Positions 22,251-33,649 of a DNA stretch of 64,000 nt are shown here, piece after piece. Position 1 is the first letter of the stretch; every line of letters begins with the position of its first letter. This DNA is from Alphaproteobacteria bacterium (GTDB lineage Bacteria; Pseudomonadota; Alphaproteobacteria; UBA9219). Position numbers and translations under genes: made by a program. The notes under the pieces are model-generated. The model was given only the letters and a program-made list of their open reading frames with translations. It searched no databases and was not told the DNA's origin. The DNA is taken from contig JABDFY010000008.1 in NCBI GenBank assembly GCA_013286365.1, forward strand, positions 199 to 64,198, given 5' to 3'.

Positions 22251-23018
22251 TTATGCCGCTTTTTCGGCTTTTTTCTCGGTTTTAGCTTCAGGCTTATCGG
22301 CCTTTTTCTCAGGCTTCTTTTCACCCTTACCGTCAATCTTGGGCTTAGCTACAACCTTCTTGGGCGCGCTGCCTTTAATGGCATCGCGTATTTGTACGTA
22401 AGTACCCTCAGCCCCAGGCACGCTGCCTTTAATCATGACCAAGCCCTGTTCGGCATCGACGGCCACGACTTCCAAATTCAAAGTCGTCACGCGCCTATCA
22501 CCCATGTGCCCTGCCATTTTCTTGCCCTTAAACACGCGACCAGGATCTTGGCGATTACCGGTTGATCCATGACTACGATGAGAAATGGAAACACCATGCG
22601 ATGCGCGTAACCCTTTAAAATTATAGCGCTTCATAACACCGGCAAATCCTTTACCGATACTGGTCGATGTTACGTCGACAAAATGGCCAGGCGTAAAGTG
22701 TGAAGCCAGAAGAGGTGTTCCGACTTCTAAAAGAGCATCATCGGTAACACGAAATTCTATCAACTTTTTCTTGGGCTCGGTTTTAGCTTTGGCGTAATAG
22801 CCGCGCATTGGCTTCGATACATTTTTAACTTTGGCTTTACCGCCGCCAACCTGGATCGCGGCGTAGCCATCTTTCTCTTTTGTACGCACAGCAACAACCT
22901 GACAGTCATCAAGCTTCAGAACCGTCACGGGCACATGCTCGCCATCTTTATTGAAAACGCGCGTCATGCCCAGCTTGGTGCTGATCAGTCCGGTACGCTT
23001 TGTCTGTTTCTGAGGCAT
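22251..23018 (-). CDS. rplC: 50S ribosomal protein L3 with about 45-aa Lys-rich C-terminal tail
   Basis: Contains [13 protein letters not shown]...[11 protein letters not shown]. Confidence 0.95.
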   Translation of the reverse strand: MPQKQTKRTGLISTKLGMTRVFNKDGEHVPVTVLKLDDCQVVAVRTKEKDGYAAIQVGGGKAKVKNVSKPMRGYYAKAKTEPKKKLIEFRVTDDALLEVGTPLLASHFTPGHFVDVTSTSIGKGFAGVMKRYNFKGLRASHGVSISHRSHGSTGNRQDPGRVFKGKKMAGHMGDRRVTTLNLEVVAVDAEQGLVMIKGSVPGAEGTYVQIRDAIKGSAPKKVVAKPKIDGKGEKKPEKKADKPEAKTEKKAEKAA

Positions 23019-23029
23019 GATACTTATCC

Positions 23030-23338
23030 CTAAACTCTAATCTCAACGTCAACGCCAGCTGCGAGATCAATTTTCGACAAGGCGTCAATGGTTTGTGGTG
23101 TCGGCTCAAGAATATCCAGCAACCTGCGATGCGTTCTGATTTCAAACTGCTCGCGCGATTTTTTATCGACATGCGGACCGCGATTGACAGTAAAACGTTC
23201 AATCCAGGTCGGTAGCGGAATGGGCCCACGGACCTGCGCACCCGTGCGCTTAGCCGTGCTTATGATCTCGCTCACGGACTGATCCAGCGTGCGATGATCA
23301 AACGCTTTAAGGCGTATGCGTATCGTTTGTGTTTCCAT
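23030..23338 (-). CDS. rpsJ: 30S ribosomal protein S10
   Basis: Contains [16 protein letters not shown]...PLPT. Confidence 0.96.
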   Translation of the reverse strand: METQTIRIRLKAFDHRTLDQSVSEIISTAKRTGAQVRGPIPLPTWIERFTVNRGPHVDKKSREQFEIRTHRRLLDILEPTPQTIDALSKIDLAAGVDVEIRV

Positions 23339-23545
23339 GTCTTTCTTAACTCCTAACCTAAACCTCTTTTATTCTTACAATCTTGTCTTATTCCCTCTGG
23401 TCGCATGCGCAAACCAAACGTTGGTGCATATAGTCTCCGCGTTAGCGATATTCTTTCCACTAGCAGCCATTTTGCATAATCGCTCCACATCCCTTCAGTA
23501 ACTTGATGCGAAAGCTTCTTGGCCACTATCTATCTTTCTATCTTT

Positions 23546-23579
23546 AATTCCCTCACCGCCTTGGGGAGATGAGGGAATT
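23546..23579 (-). terminator. 10-bp inverted repeat hairpin immediately after the tuf stop (possible attenuator or terminator before the S10 operon)
   Basis: AATTCCCTCA (23546-23555) pairs with TGAGGGAATT (23570-23579). No clean U-tract follows on the minus strand, so the function is uncertain. Confidence 0.35.
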
Positions 23580-23589
23580 TATTTCATTC

Positions 23590-24777
23590 TTACTCAACGA
23601 TCTTTGCCACAACGCCAGCACCTACGGTACGTCCACCCTCACGGATGGCGAAACGCAAACCTTCGTCCATCGCAATCGGCGCAATGAGGTGGATTTCAAC
23701 CGAGATGTTATCGCCGGGCATAACCATTTCTGTACCCTGCGGCAGGATCACTTCACCGGTTACGTCCGTTGTACGGAAATAAAACTGCGGACGGTAATGG
23801 GTAAAGAACGGTGTATGACGACCACCTTCATCCTTGGTGAGAATGTAACATTCGGCCTTGAATTTGGTGTGTGGCGTAATTGAACCAGGTTTCGCCAACA
23901 CTTGACCGCGCTCAACTTCTTCGCGCTTCGTGCCACGTAACAAGGCGCCAATGTTATCGCCAGCCTCGCCTTGATCTAGCAGCTTACGGAACATTTCAAC
24001 GCCGGTTACAACCGTTTTAATCGTCGGCTTTAGACCAACGATTTCGATTTCTTCGTTGACCTTGACGATACCACGCTCGACGCGACCTGTGACGACCGTG
24101 CCACGACCGGAGATTGAGAATACGTCTTCGATCGGCATGAGGAACGGCTTGTCCTTGGGACGATCAGGTTGCGGGATAAAGGTATCCACAGCTTCCATAA
24201 GTTTAAGGATCGCCTGCTCACCCAACTCGGGGTTCTTATCTTCAAGTGCGCATAGCGCCGAACCACGAATGATCGGCGTCTTATCACCGGGGAACTGATA
24301 CTTTGTCAGAAGGTCGCGAATTTCCATTTCCACGAGCTCTGCCAATTCAGGATCCGCCATATCCATCTTGTTCATGAATACAACAATGGCAGGAACGCCT
24401 ACCTGACGAGCCAGAAGGATATGCTCACGCGTTTGCGGCATAGGACCATCAGCTGCCGACACGACGAGGATGGCGCCATCCATTTGCGCGGCACCTGTAA
24501 TCATGTTCTTAACGTAGTCAGCATGACCGGGGCAATCGACATGCGCGTAATGGCGTTTTTTCGTTTCATACTCAACGTGAGCTGTCGAAATCGTGATACC
24601 GCGCGCTTTTTCCTCAGGGGCCTTATCAATTTGATCATAGGCCGTATAGGTTGCGCCGCCCGTTTTTGCCAATATCTTGGTTATGGCCGCCGTTAATGAC
24701 GTTTTGCCATGATCAACGTGACCAATGGTGCCAATATTGCAGTGAGGCTTATTACGGTTAAACTTTTCCTTCGACAT
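23590..24777 (-). CDS. tuf: elongation factor Tu
   Basis: 395 aa; contains [16 protein letters not shown]...DCPGHADY...NKMD. Confidence 0.98.
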   Translation of the reverse strand: MSKEKFNRNKPHCNIGTIGHVDHGKTSLTAAITKILAKTGGATYTAYDQIDKAPEEKARGITISTAHVEYETKKRHYAHVDCPGHADYVKNMITGAAQMDGAILVVSAADGPMPQTREHILLARQVGVPAIVVFMNKMDMADPELAELVEMEIRDLLTKYQFPGDKTPIIRGSALCALEDKNPELGEQAILKLMEAVDTFIPQPDRPKDKPFLMPIEDVFSISGRGTVVTGRVERGIVKVNEEIEIVGLKPTIKTVVTGVEMFRKLLDQGEAGDNIGALLRGTKREEVERGQVLAKPGSITPHTKFKAECYILTKDEGGRHTPFFTHYRPQFYFRTTDVTGEVILPQGTEMVMPGDNISVEIHLIAPIAMDEGLRFAIREGGRTVGAGVVAKIVE

Positions 24778-24827
24778 CTTCCATCTCCATTCGTTGAAGA
24801 ACTGTTACGTGTTTTCTTGTTACTTAC

Positions 24828-26909
24828 TTATCCGGCCAACTTGGTCTTCACTTCTGTCGCAATTGCTTGCGGCACTTGTTCGTAATGATCAAACTCCATC
24901 GTGTACATCGCCCGACCTTGCGTCATGGTGCGCAGCTTGTTGACGTAACCAAACATGCGCTCCAAAGGCACCTTTGCATCTATTGTCCGTGCATTGCCAC
25001 GTTGATCAAGGTTTTCGATCTGTCCACGGCGACTATTTAAATCGCCGATGACATCGCCCATGTACTCTTCAGGGGTCACAACTTCGACCTTCATGATCGG
25101 TTCCAACAAAACTGGACCGCATTTGGGCAGCCCTTCTCTGAAGGCCGCGCGCGCAGCGATTTCAAACGCCAGGGCTGACGAATCCACATCATGGTAAGCA
25201 CCGTCAACCAGCCTTGCCAGAAAATCGATGGTCGGAAAGCCAGCAACAACACCATTATCGATCGAGGCTTCAAGGCCTTTTTCAACGCCTGGGATAAATT
25301 CTTTTGGCACAGAACCGCCAACAACCTTGGTTTCAAAGACAAACCCGCTTCCCGGCGGCAATGGCTCAAACTCAATAATAACGCGTGCAAACTGGCCCGA
25401 ACCACCCGACTGCTTCTTATGTGTGTAATCGATGGTCGATTTGCGTGTAATTGTTTCGCGATAGGCTACCTGCGGAGAACCAACGGTAACTTCAACGTTG
25501 TAGGGTGCGCGGCGTAAAATATCGACCTTGATTTCGAGATGCAGCTCACCCATGCCCTTGATCGTCGTCTGACCTGTCTCTGGATTGGTGGCAAGACGGA
25601 AAGATGGATCTTCCTGCACCAAGCGTAACAAAGCATTAGTCATCCTGTCTTGATCGCCTTTTGTTTTAGGCTCGATCGCCATTTCGATGACAGGCTCAGG
25701 GAATTCCATTTTAACGAGAACAATCGGTTTTACGGGATCGCACAGAGTATCACCAGTTTTGGTGTCCTTAAGAGCTGCCAAAGCGACAATATCACCAGCA
25801 TAAGCTTCTTTGATCTCTTCACGCGAGTTGGCATGCATCAAAAGCATACGGCCGATGCGTTCACGCTCGCCCCTTATGGTGTTCTGAACGTAACTGCCGG
25901 CATTGAGGGTGCCTGAATAAATGCGCGTAAATGTCAACGAGCCAACAAAAGGATCGGTCATGATCTTAAACGCCAGCGCCGAAAACGGTGCCGTATCGCT
26001 TGGCGGACGCTCATCAGGATCCTTACTGTCCACTTTAAAGCCTTGAACATTGCCAACATCAAGAGGTGACGGGAGATAATCCACGACCGCATCAAGCATC
26101 GGTTGCACGCCTTTGTTCTTAAACGAAGCGCCACAGAGGACAGGGATAAATTTACGACTGATCGTGCCTTTACGAATACATTTATCGAGCAGCTCGACGG
26201 ATGGTTCTTTGCCGTCAAGGTACGCTTCCATCGCCGCGTTATCCATTTCAACGGCTGTCTCGAGCAGCTTGTGACGATATTCTTTGGCTTTATCAAGAAG
26301 ATCAGCTGGGATTTCTTCGTCATGGAACTTGGCGCCAAGCGCTTCATCTTCCCAAACGACAGCTTTCATCCGGCGCAAATCGATGATGCCTTTAAATTCA
26401 GATTCAGATCCGATAGGCAAATTGACAACCAACATGTTGTCGCCAAAACGATCCTTGAGCATATCAAGGCATCGGTAAAAATTAGCGCCAATACGATCCA
26501 TCTTATTAACGAAGACAATCCGCGGCACATGATACTTATCGGCCTGACGCCAAACCGTTTCCGTTTGGGGTTCAACACCAGCCACGGCATCAAGCAGGCA
26601 GATAGCGCCATCGAGCACACGCAAGGAGCGCTCAACTTCAATTGTGAAATCGACGTGACCGGGAGTATCAATGATATTAATGCGGTGCTTGTTCCAGAAA
26701 GTCGTGGTCGCAGCAGACGTAATCGTGATGCCGCGCTCTTGTTCCTGCTCCATCCAATCCATCGTCGCCGTGCCTTCATGGACTTCACCGATTTTATAGG
26801 ATTTACCGGTGTAATACAGAATGCGTTCGGTCGTGGTCGTCTTACCGGCATCAATGTGTGCCATGATGCCGATATTGCGATACATCTCGATGGGCGTTTG
26901 ACGTGACAT
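24828..26909 (-). CDS. fusA: elongation factor G
   Basis: 693 aa; contains [19 protein letters not shown]...DTPGHVDF. Confidence 0.98.
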   Translation of the reverse strand: MSRQTPIEMYRNIGIMAHIDAGKTTTTERILYYTGKSYKIGEVHEGTATMDWMEQEQERGITITSAATTTFWNKHRINIIDTPGHVDFTIEVERSLRVLDGAICLLDAVAGVEPQTETVWRQADKYHVPRIVFVNKMDRIGANFYRCLDMLKDRFGDNMLVVNLPIGSESEFKGIIDLRRMKAVVWEDEALGAKFHDEEIPADLLDKAKEYRHKLLETAVEMDNAAMEAYLDGKEPSVELLDKCIRKGTISRKFIPVLCGASFKNKGVQPMLDAVVDYLPSPLDVGNVQGFKVDSKDPDERPPSDTAPFSALAFKIMTDPFVGSLTFTRIYSGTLNAGSYVQNTIRGERERIGRMLLMHANSREEIKEAYAGDIVALAALKDTKTGDTLCDPVKPIVLVKMEFPEPVIEMAIEPKTKGDQDRMTNALLRLVQEDPSFRLATNPETGQTTIKGMGELHLEIKVDILRRAPYNVEVTVGSPQVAYRETITRKSTIDYTHKKQSGGSGQFARVIIEFEPLPPGSGFVFETKVVGGSVPKEFIPGVEKGLEASIDNGVVAGFPTIDFLARLVDGAYHDVDSSALAFEIAARAAFREGLPKCGPVLLEPIMKVEVVTPEEYMGDVIGDLNSRRGQIENLDQRGNARTIDAKVPLERMFGYVNKLRTMTQGRAMYTMEFDHYEQVPQAIATEVKTKLAG

Positions 26910-26921
26910 ACGAAAAAATCC

Positions 26922-27392
26922 TTACCAGCGAAAATGTGAAAAGGCCTTATTGGCCTCTGCCATGCGGTGCGTATCTTCGCGCTTCTTCACGGCAGCACCA
27001 TTATCGTTTGATGCAGCCATAAGTTCTGCCGCCAAGCGGTCCATCATCGTCGTTTCAGAGCGGCCACGTGCCGCTGTGATGATCCAGCGCATGGCAAGAG
27101 CAATGCCGCGCTCAGGGCGAACTTCAACCGGCACCTGATAGGTCGCACCACCAACGCGGCGCGAACGCACTTCAAGATGCGGACGGACTTTGTCGATCGC
27201 CTGCTTAAAGACATCGAGCGAATTGCCTTTGACCTTACCCTGAATTTTTTCCAAGGCGCCATACACGGTCTTTTCGGCAACCGACTTTTTGCCCTGATAC
27301 ATCAAGACATTCATAAACTTTGTAATAAGCACCTCACCGAATTTGGGATCCGGGAGTACTTCGCGTTTATCGGCTCTATGGCGACGTGACAT
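26922..27392 (-). CDS. rpsG: 30S ribosomal protein S7
   Basis: Starts [19 protein letters not shown] and ends in FSHFRW. Confidence 0.96.
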   Translation of the reverse strand: MSRRHRADKREVLPDPKFGEVLITKFMNVLMYQGKKSVAEKTVYGALEKIQGKVKGNSLDVFKQAIDKVRPHLEVRSRRVGGATYQVPVEVRPERGIALAMRWIITAARGRSETTMMDRLAAELMAASNDNGAAVKKREDTHRMAEANKAFSHFRW

Positions 27393-27404
27393 TTCTGATC
27401 TCCC

Positions 27405-27776
27405 TTACTTAGGACGCTTGGCGCCGTACTTCGAGCGGCGTTGTTTGCGATCCTTGACGCCCTGCGTATCGAGCGTTCCACGAATGATATGATAACGAAC
27501 GCCTGGCAGATCCTTGACGCGGCCGCCGCGGATCATAACGACGCTATGCTCTTGTAAATTGTGGCCTTCACCAGGAATGTAGCTGATAACTTCGTGGCCG
27601 TTCGTCAAACGGACGCGGGCAACCTTACGCAGAGCCGAATTCGGCTTTTTCGGCGTGGTTGTGTAAACGCGCGTGCACACGCCGCGCTTCTGCGGCGATT
27701 CCTCGAGAGCGGGAACTTTGTCGCGCGCAATTTGCGATTTACGGCCTTTGCGTACCAACTGGTTGACTGTAGGCAT
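27405..27776 (-). CDS. rpsL: 30S ribosomal protein S12
   Basis: The internal Met gives [13 protein letters not shown]. Also contains [10 protein letters not shown]. Confidence 0.96.
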   Translation of the reverse strand: MPTVNQLVRKGRKSQIARDKVPALEESPQKRGVCTRVYTTTPKKPNSALRKVARVRLTNGHEVISYIPGEGHNLQEHSVVMIRGGRVKDLPGVRYHIIRGTLDTQGVKDRKQRRSKYGAKRPK

Positions 27777-28095
27777 CCTTACTCCAATCAAAAAGAACCG
27801 GGCCCCAAAACATGCGAAACCGATTCGCTACAAAAAACACAAAACCACATCGGGGCGGCGAGATCCGCGCTCCGCGTGGGGAGACATTACTTAACACCGT
27901 GCGACCCCGCTTAACTTAAACCTAGGTTTAGTTAGCCGTTTCTTCGCAGCAGGCTATGTAACTTTTGCAACATCCAGAGCCGCGTCTAGAAAGACGCGGC
28001 GAGCCAAAACGACGCGCCACGGATCTACCACCGGCCCTGAAAAGGCAGCACTTTCTATGTGTTTATTGGTCGTACGTCAAGAGATGATTGGGATA

Positions 28096-29181
28096 TTAAC
28101 CAGCTTTCGGCCGTTTTGCCTTTTTTGCAGCGCCTGCCCACCTTGCCTCGACCAAAGCCGTGCCAACAGGCCCTATTGGCCTGGCTGGCTCACGCGTTTC
28201 CCCATTTCCAACCAAACGGGCTAAGTCTCTCAAAGGCTTTCGCAAATGTTGGTTTTTGCCAACCCCATTCCCGTTCGCTAGATGGTGAATGCCCTTCGCT
28301 TTATCGGCCAATTGTTTGGCTAAGTCCGGTCTAACTTCTGCAATGTGCCCAATTGAAGTAATCAACCTTTGAGCGGCGACAACGGCATGCGCATGCTGCA
28401 AGACGCCTCGAGCTAATGTCTCATTCTTTTCCAAGGTAAAAATCAATCGTTCAATAGCAGATCGAGTAAGAGCTGAATGATTATAAGCTGCAACATCGTC
28501 AATAAAATCAAATCGCTCCGTTATATGCTCACGAGCACTAGGGGTCGTCAAAAACATAGATAGCCCGCGCCCGGTCTGCTGGCAAAATGTTGCAAAATCA
28601 TCCGCATAAACTGCTCTCGACCAAATCGTTTCACGCCGATCACGATCACCTTGTTTGCGCTCAATAATTCCTCGAAGACCTTTATTCGCTGACTCAGCAG
28701 CTGGTAATACCGGGGCTGGTTCAATGGCGCGGGCGCGCTTTGGTGCCGTTGTGCGCCTCCCTTTCACAGCATCCCGGTGATTGTCATGAACATGTGTATG
28801 CGCAGAAGAGACCAAATGAGTAATAGCTATGGCTGCGTGAGGCACGCCGGCCGTCGCTCCCAAATGTTGGCCAATCGCAACAATTCGAAGGTGTGCTAAA
28901 TACCGGTCCCAGTTATTTTCTGTCGGGCGCAACGTCGTAAGGACTTGGCGCGTCAAAGCGTCGAACGTTTCCATAAACGCGAGCCCCATAGGATAAAAAG
29001 TTTCGTCTTCATCCATCAGAGCCGGCGCAAGTGTGTAAATAGCTCTTAAGCACCGCTCCGGCGCTTGCGTTGGGGCGAGCCGGGTTATACCGTTTAAAGC
29101 TTCTGTAATATCCCGTTCTCTGCCACCGATTATCGCTTCACAGGCAATCTCAAGGGGCGATTTATCGTTCCTAGTGACCAT
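28096..29181 (-). CDS. hypothetical protein (361 aa), no family recognised
   Basis: Long intact ORF, His-rich in the middle (SSAHTHVHDNHRD), with a basic C-terminus. It occupies the position upstream of rpsL where rpoC normally lies. Confidence 0.55.
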   Translation of the reverse strand: MVTRNDKSPLEIACEAIIGGRERDITEALNGITRLAPTQAPERCLRAIYTLAPALMDEDETFYPMGLAFMETFDALTRQVLTTLRPTENNWDRYLAHLRIVAIGQHLGATAGVPHAAIAITHLVSSAHTHVHDNHRDAVKGRRTTAPKRARAIEPAPVLPAAESANKGLRGIIERKQGDRDRRETIWSRAVYADDFATFCQQTGRGLSMFLTTPSAREHITERFDFIDDVAAYNHSALTRSAIERLIFTLEKNETLARGVLQHAHAVVAAQRLITSIGHIAEVRPDLAKQLADKAKGIHHLANGNGVGKNQHLRKPLRDLARLVGNGETREPARPIGPVGTALVEARWAGAAKKAKRPKAG

Positions 29182-29332
29182 ATAATTCCTTTAACTATAT
29201 AAAATTCTGCAAATTAAAACGGGCTCTAAGTTATATGCCTAAAAGATTGCCCCTAGGGTCAAGTGCGATATTAGTTGCAAGCTCATAAACTTCTAGGAAC
29301 TATTGGATAATTTCAATAACAGCGATCAAAAC

Positions 29333-30070
29333 ATGTCTAAAGATCTCCGCCACACACAACGCCTCTTCATCGAGTGCGAACTTAGCGTCGGCAAAGCCAT
29401 AAGCCTCGACACGCCGCAAGCACATTATTTGCAGAATGTACTCCGCTTAAAAGTAAACGACATCGTGCGTGTCTTTAATGGCCGTCAAGGTGAGTGGCAG
29501 GCGGTCCTAACTAAAATTCAAAAACGCGAAACAGAACTTACAATCCAAAAACAACTTCGAGCACAATTGCCCATGCAAGACTTATGGCTCTGCGCCGCAC
29601 CCATTAAACGCGCCCATTTTGATTATATGATCGAAAAGGCTACCGAACTTGGTATCACAGATTTTCACCCTGTTCTCACTTCACGCACGCAAGTGCGAGA
29701 AATGAATGAGGAAAGATGCCAGGCGATCGCGATTGAGGCTGCAGAACAATCGGATCGTCTGAGCATTCCCAAGATCGCCAAACCACGCACCCTTGCTGAA
29801 GTTGCGGCCAGCTGGCCTCACGATCGCGTACTCATTGTTTGTGCTGAATGGGGCGAAGCCCTCTCTCTTAAAGAGGCCTTGGCCTCCAACCGAATGAGTA
29901 AGACAGCCATCATGACAGGCCCCGAAGGGGGCTTTGCTGGAGATGAGTTGGAAATACTCAAACAGATCTCTAGCGCCATTTTTGTCCGCCTTGGACCCAG
30001 AATACTGCGTGCCGACACAGCAGCTATCGCAGCTTTAAGTTGTTGGCAAGCTATGCGAGGTGATTGGTAA
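29333..30070 (+). CDS. rsmE: 16S rRNA (uracil1498-N3)-methyltransferase RsmE
   Basis: Has a PUA-like N-terminus (RLFIE...HYLQNVLRL) and the SPOUT C-terminal motif IMTGPEGGFAGDE. I prefer the ATG at 29333 over the TTG at 29303. Confidence 0.85.
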   Translation: MSKDLRHTQRLFIECELSVGKAISLDTPQAHYLQNVLRLKVNDIVRVFNGRQGEWQAVLTKIQKRETELTIQKQLRAQLPMQDLWLCAAPIKRAHFDYMIEKATELGITDFHPVLTSRTQVREMNEERCQAIAIEAAEQSDRLSIPKIAKPRTLAEVAASWPHDRVLIVCAEWGEALSLKEALASNRMSKTAIMTGPEGGFAGDELEILKQISSAIFVRLGPRILRADTAAIAALSCWQAMRGDW

Positions 30071-30156
30071 ACAGCCTGATAATAAAATTGCCGAAAGTAT
30101 TTTGCTATGCTAACAGCTCGCCTCCCTAGCAATTTATAATAGTTATTTGAAATTCA

Positions 30157-30984
30157 ATGGTTAAAACATTTTCGATTGGCGACGGTATTGCGCCCCTATT
30201 AAGTGAGGAAGTGCCAGAACTTTCAGGGTTACTCCCTTTTGATAAAGAGCGCTGGACTACTGTAAACGTACAGCGATTTTTTCCTGGCTTAAAATCTATT
30301 TTTGACCAAGCCCCAATACTCAACGAGTTTAGTTTTGAGTACTGGTACAATATGGGAACGAATTGTTATATGTACATTCTGGGTGACCGGAGCCTTTTGA
30401 TACCAAGGTTAACACTCAGAGCAAACATAGGCGCTCTGTCTGGAACCCAACTTATTGAAGATTATCGCAACATTTTTGATGTTCTCGAACAAGACGGACT
30501 GGAATTTACTGGCCATGAGTTACACTTAGAAGTTGGCTTCCGCCCCACGGCTTTATTCATATGCCGAAGGCAGGCTCATCGCCAGCAAGCTTTTTTTCAC
30601 TGGTTGAGATTAGATAAAATTATTGATCTTCAATCTGATAAAGTCCAATATGCGTGGACACAAAAGTTTGCAAATGAATTGCCGTCCAAAGTCGTTTTTA
30701 TGAATGGACTTCTTATCAATGACCCGAGCCGGATTAGCTTGAAATTTGATAATCCTCGTATCGTTATACCAAATCCTAATAGCCAAAAATTTGAGGACGA
30801 ATATAATTTTGTAGGATACTTTAATGTGCCATTGGGTTTAGTCATAAAACGCAAAGCCCTAGATCAATGCACCCAGCAGATCCGTCAGGATTACCCCCCT
30901 TATTATATGGCGGAATGGACATCGCATCTCGAAAGAAGCGGGGTATTAAAATCAGGGCAAATTGTGGTACCACAATATGGCTAA
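30157..30984 (+). CDS. hypothetical protein (275 aa), orphan
   Basis: Intact ORF, visibly AT-richer than its neighbours, with no signal peptide or recognisable motif. Confidence 0.5.
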   Translation: MVKTFSIGDGIAPLLSEEVPELSGLLPFDKERWTTVNVQRFFPGLKSIFDQAPILNEFSFEYWYNMGTNCYMYILGDRSLLIPRLTLRANIGALSGTQLIEDYRNIFDVLEQDGLEFTGHELHLEVGFRPTALFICRRQAHRQQAFFHWLRLDKIIDLQSDKVQYAWTQKFANELPSKVVFMNGLLINDPSRISLKFDNPRIVIPNPNSQKFEDEYNFVGYFNVPLGLVIKRKALDQCTQQIRQDYPPYYMAEWTSHLERSGVLKSGQIVVPQYG

Positions 30985-31004
30985 TCATTATCGGTTTATC
31001 CCAG

Positions 31005-32387
31005 ATGTCAATCCTAGCCCAAGAAACATCCGAACGTATCACTGACAAGCGTCAGTTGATTGCGTATTTTTCAAGCGCCGAAAAACCAAAAGCCAAATGG
31101 CTTATTGGTTGTGAGCATGAGAAATTTCCATTTCGCCCATCGACATTAAAGCCAGTTAACTACGACGAACCGCAAGGCTTACGCGATCTCTATACGCAAA
31201 TGCAGCGCTTTGGCTGGCAGCCAATCATGGAAAATGAAAACATCATTGGTCTGACAAGAAACCGTGCGGCGATTTCGTTTGAGCCCGGCGGTCAAGTCGA
31301 ACTTTCGGGAGCGCCGCTTGCCAATTTACACGAACTTTCTGCCGAGATCGATCAGCATCTCGAAGAAATATGTCAAATCGGCAATGAGCTTAATATTGGC
31401 TTTCTAGGGATGGGGTTTCATCCGACGGCGCGCCGCGAAGATATCGCTTGGGTTCCTAAGGGTCGTTATAAAATTATGCGCGAGTATATGCCAAAACGCG
31501 GCACGCTTGGGCTCGATATGATGCTGCGCACCTGCACAACACAAGTAAATCTAGATTTTTCCGACGAAGCCGACATGATTAAAAAATTCCGTGTCGGCTT
31601 AGCCTTGCAGCCGATCGCAACCGCCCTTTTTGCAACATCGCCGTTTAAAGAAAGTAAGCCAAGCGGTTTTGTAAGTTATCGAATGAATATCTGGTCAGAT
31701 ACCGACAATGACCGATCAGGCCCTATACCTTTCGCCTTTGATGAAAGCTTTGGCTACGAACGTTATACCGATTACGCGCTCGATGTGCCGATGTATTTCG
31801 TCTATCGCGACGGCCGTTATATAGACTGTGCAGGACAAAGTTTTAGAGATTTTATGCAAGGCAAGCTACCTGCCCTGCCCGGCGAAATTCCTAATATGAC
31901 TGACTGGGCTAACCATCTGACAACTTTGTTTCCTGATGTCAGATTAAAGAAGATCATCGAAATGCGCGGCGCCGATGTAGGACCTACCCCATCAATCGTG
32001 GCTTTGCCAAGCTTCTGGGTTGGCTTACTTTATGACGCATCAGCGCTCGATGCTGCTTGGGACATGATCAAAGGCTGGTCAGTTGAAGAAAAACAGACCC
32101 TACATGATGAGGTGCCGCGTCTCGGCTTTAATGCTGAAATTAATGGCCGCAAGGTTGTCGATATTGCCTATGAAGCGATTGTCATTGCCAAAGAGGGTCT
32201 GCGGCGGCGTGCTATTCGCACAAAAAATGGAACGGACGAAACCCACTATCTTGGTTGGCTCCTCTCTCTTACCAAAAGCCGACAGACGGTCTCTGACCAG
32301 CTGATGATGCAGGCCAAATATTCTTCAGATTTCAAAATCGCAACCGTTTTTGACAGCTTCCGGCTATTGCCACCATCAAAAACTTAA
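31005..32387 (+). CDS. gshA: glutamate--cysteine ligase, plant/alphaproteobacterial type (GCS2 family)
   Basis: From the internal Met the sequence reads MSILAQETSERITDKRQLIAYF...IGCEHEKF...GGQVELSGAP...MRGADVGP. The upstream 46 codons of the ORF overlap the previous gene. Confidence 0.88.
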   Translation: MSILAQETSERITDKRQLIAYFSSAEKPKAKWLIGCEHEKFPFRPSTLKPVNYDEPQGLRDLYTQMQRFGWQPIMENENIIGLTRNRAAISFEPGGQVELSGAPLANLHELSAEIDQHLEEICQIGNELNIGFLGMGFHPTARREDIAWVPKGRYKIMREYMPKRGTLGLDMMLRTCTTQVNLDFSDEADMIKKFRVGLALQPIATALFATSPFKESKPSGFVSYRMNIWSDTDNDRSGPIPFAFDESFGYERYTDYALDVPMYFVYRDGRYIDCAGQSFRDFMQGKLPALPGEIPNMTDWANHLTTLFPDVRLKKIIEMRGADVGPTPSIVALPSFWVGLLYDASALDAAWDMIKGWSVEEKQTLHDEVPRLGFNAEINGRKVVDIAYEAIVIAKEGLRRRAIRTKNGTDETHYLGWLLSLTKSRQTVSDQLMMQAKYSSDFKIATVFDSFRLLPPSKT

Positions 32388-32417
32388 TGCTGCAATACTA
32401 AAAACCTATAAGTCCTT

Positions 32418-33647
32418 TCAAGAACCACATACTTCAATAGCCGAAGTCGCAAGCGTTTTTGCGCATTCAATCATTTCATCGATACGTACGTGTTTTTCAA
32501 CATCATCGTCATAACCTCGTGGACCGTAAAGACAGCAAGAAATTCCGGCCCTTTGTAAATGCGCCGTATCGTTTCCACAATACGAATAAGGCAATACGGC
32601 ACCGCTTTTTGATATGTCACGGCCCGTTATGTTTTTATGATTTCTTTTAACGATATTCACGATTTCTGCATCTTGCGGCACGTTGGTTGGTGGCATGTCG
32701 GCACCACCTACTTTAAAGCGCTGTGGCGGCGGATGGTGATATTCGTATTGAAAATCCGCATCACTTTCCTTAAGGGATTCAAGAAATTGCACAAATTTTT
32801 GATCTATATCTTGTGGCGTGTAATCGCCCCCATATCTAACATCGATAATAATGGTACAGTAGTCAGATAGGTTTGATGGTCCGGCAAGATCATAATCACG
32901 ACTTCGCCCACCTATGATCGAGGCGACATTGATTTTAGGTAAGCCAGGAATATCAGCATCGCTCACTTCTAAATCCATATGCGGCAATACATTAATTACC
33001 TTGATCATCTTTTGAATGGCGTCCACCCCATATTCGCTGCGACTGGTATGAATGGACTTTCCAATAGTGCTAATTGCACACTTATGAACGCCAACACATT
33101 TTGTAATTACAACATTTGTTGAATATGGTTCCGGTACGATTGCCATGTCAGTACGAATACCCGACTTCAGCATATGCAGTGTACCTTTGCCTCCCTGTAA
33201 TTCACCGACAACACAGGCAAGAATTAAATCGCCTGTCAAAGGCACCTGTGATCGTTTGACGGCAAAGGCAGCGGTTAGAAATGCGGCTACACCGGACTTC
33301 ATATTGTGAATTCCAGCGCCCCAGAGCCGATTAGCCCCTACCCTCGGCTCATAAGGATCCCACTTCCAATCTTCTGTAAGAGAGTCGTTGTCGATATGCC
33401 CATTGAACATCAGAGAACGCCCATTACCCTGACCTGCTAGACGCCCGATGACCTGCTGACGGCCGGGTGAAACTTCTTGAAGTCGAACTTCAAAACCCTC
33501 TTTCTTCAATATCTTATGTATATAAATTGCGCATTCACTTTCAGATTCAGTTGGGCTTGGAATCCGAATGAGATCCTTGGCTACAGATAAAACTTCGTCT
33601 TCGTCTAAATGGGCAAGTACTTTTTGTGCTGCGTTGACAGCGATCAA
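32418..33647 (-). CDS. M20-family metallohydrolase (ArgE/DapE/amidohydrolase-like)
   Basis: 409 aa; contains MFNGHIDND...GAGIHNMKSG...ACVVGELQGG, the typical M20 metal-ligand layout. Confidence 0.75.
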   Translation of the reverse strand: MIAVNAAQKVLAHLDEDEVLSVAKDLIRIPSPTESESECAIYIHKILKKEGFEVRLQEVSPGRQQVIGRLAGQGNGRSLMFNGHIDNDSLTEDWKWDPYEPRVGANRLWGAGIHNMKSGVAAFLTAAFAVKRSQVPLTGDLILACVVGELQGGKGTLHMLKSGIRTDMAIVPEPYSTNVVITKCVGVHKCAISTIGKSIHTSRSEYGVDAIQKMIKVINVLPHMDLEVSDADIPGLPKINVASIIGGRSRDYDLAGPSNLSDYCTIIIDVRYGGDYTPQDIDQKFVQFLESLKESDADFQYEYHHPPPQRFKVGGADMPPTNVPQDAEIVNIVKRNHKNITGRDISKSGAVLPYSYCGNDTAHLQRAGISCCLYGPRGYDDDVEKHVRIDEMIECAKTLATSAIEVCGS

Positions 33648-33649
33648 GA

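Noticed and set aside
5338-27914. Dozens of 60-270-aa ORFs in the track that overlap the ribosomal, EF-Tu, EF-G, RpoA and SecY genes on the opposite strand or in other frames. Examples are 6168-6659, 16295-16831, 18167-18673, 19402-19980, 21222-21944, 22023-22565 and 26103-26906.
   Set aside because: They lie entirely inside strongly supported conserved genes and have Arg/Ser/Ala-rich shadow-ORF composition with no motifs.
27979-28000. An 8-bp GC-rich hairpin (GCCGCGTC/GACGCGGC) between the 361-aa orphan gene and rpsL, considered as a terminator.
   Set aside because: There is no U-tract on either strand after the stem, so it cannot be called a rho-independent terminator.
30867-31004. The 46-codon N-terminal extension of the gshA ORF, which overlaps the end of the 30157-30984 ORF.
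   Set aside because: The extension has no similarity to GCS2 N-termini. The Met at 31005 gives a protein of the expected length and removes the overlap.
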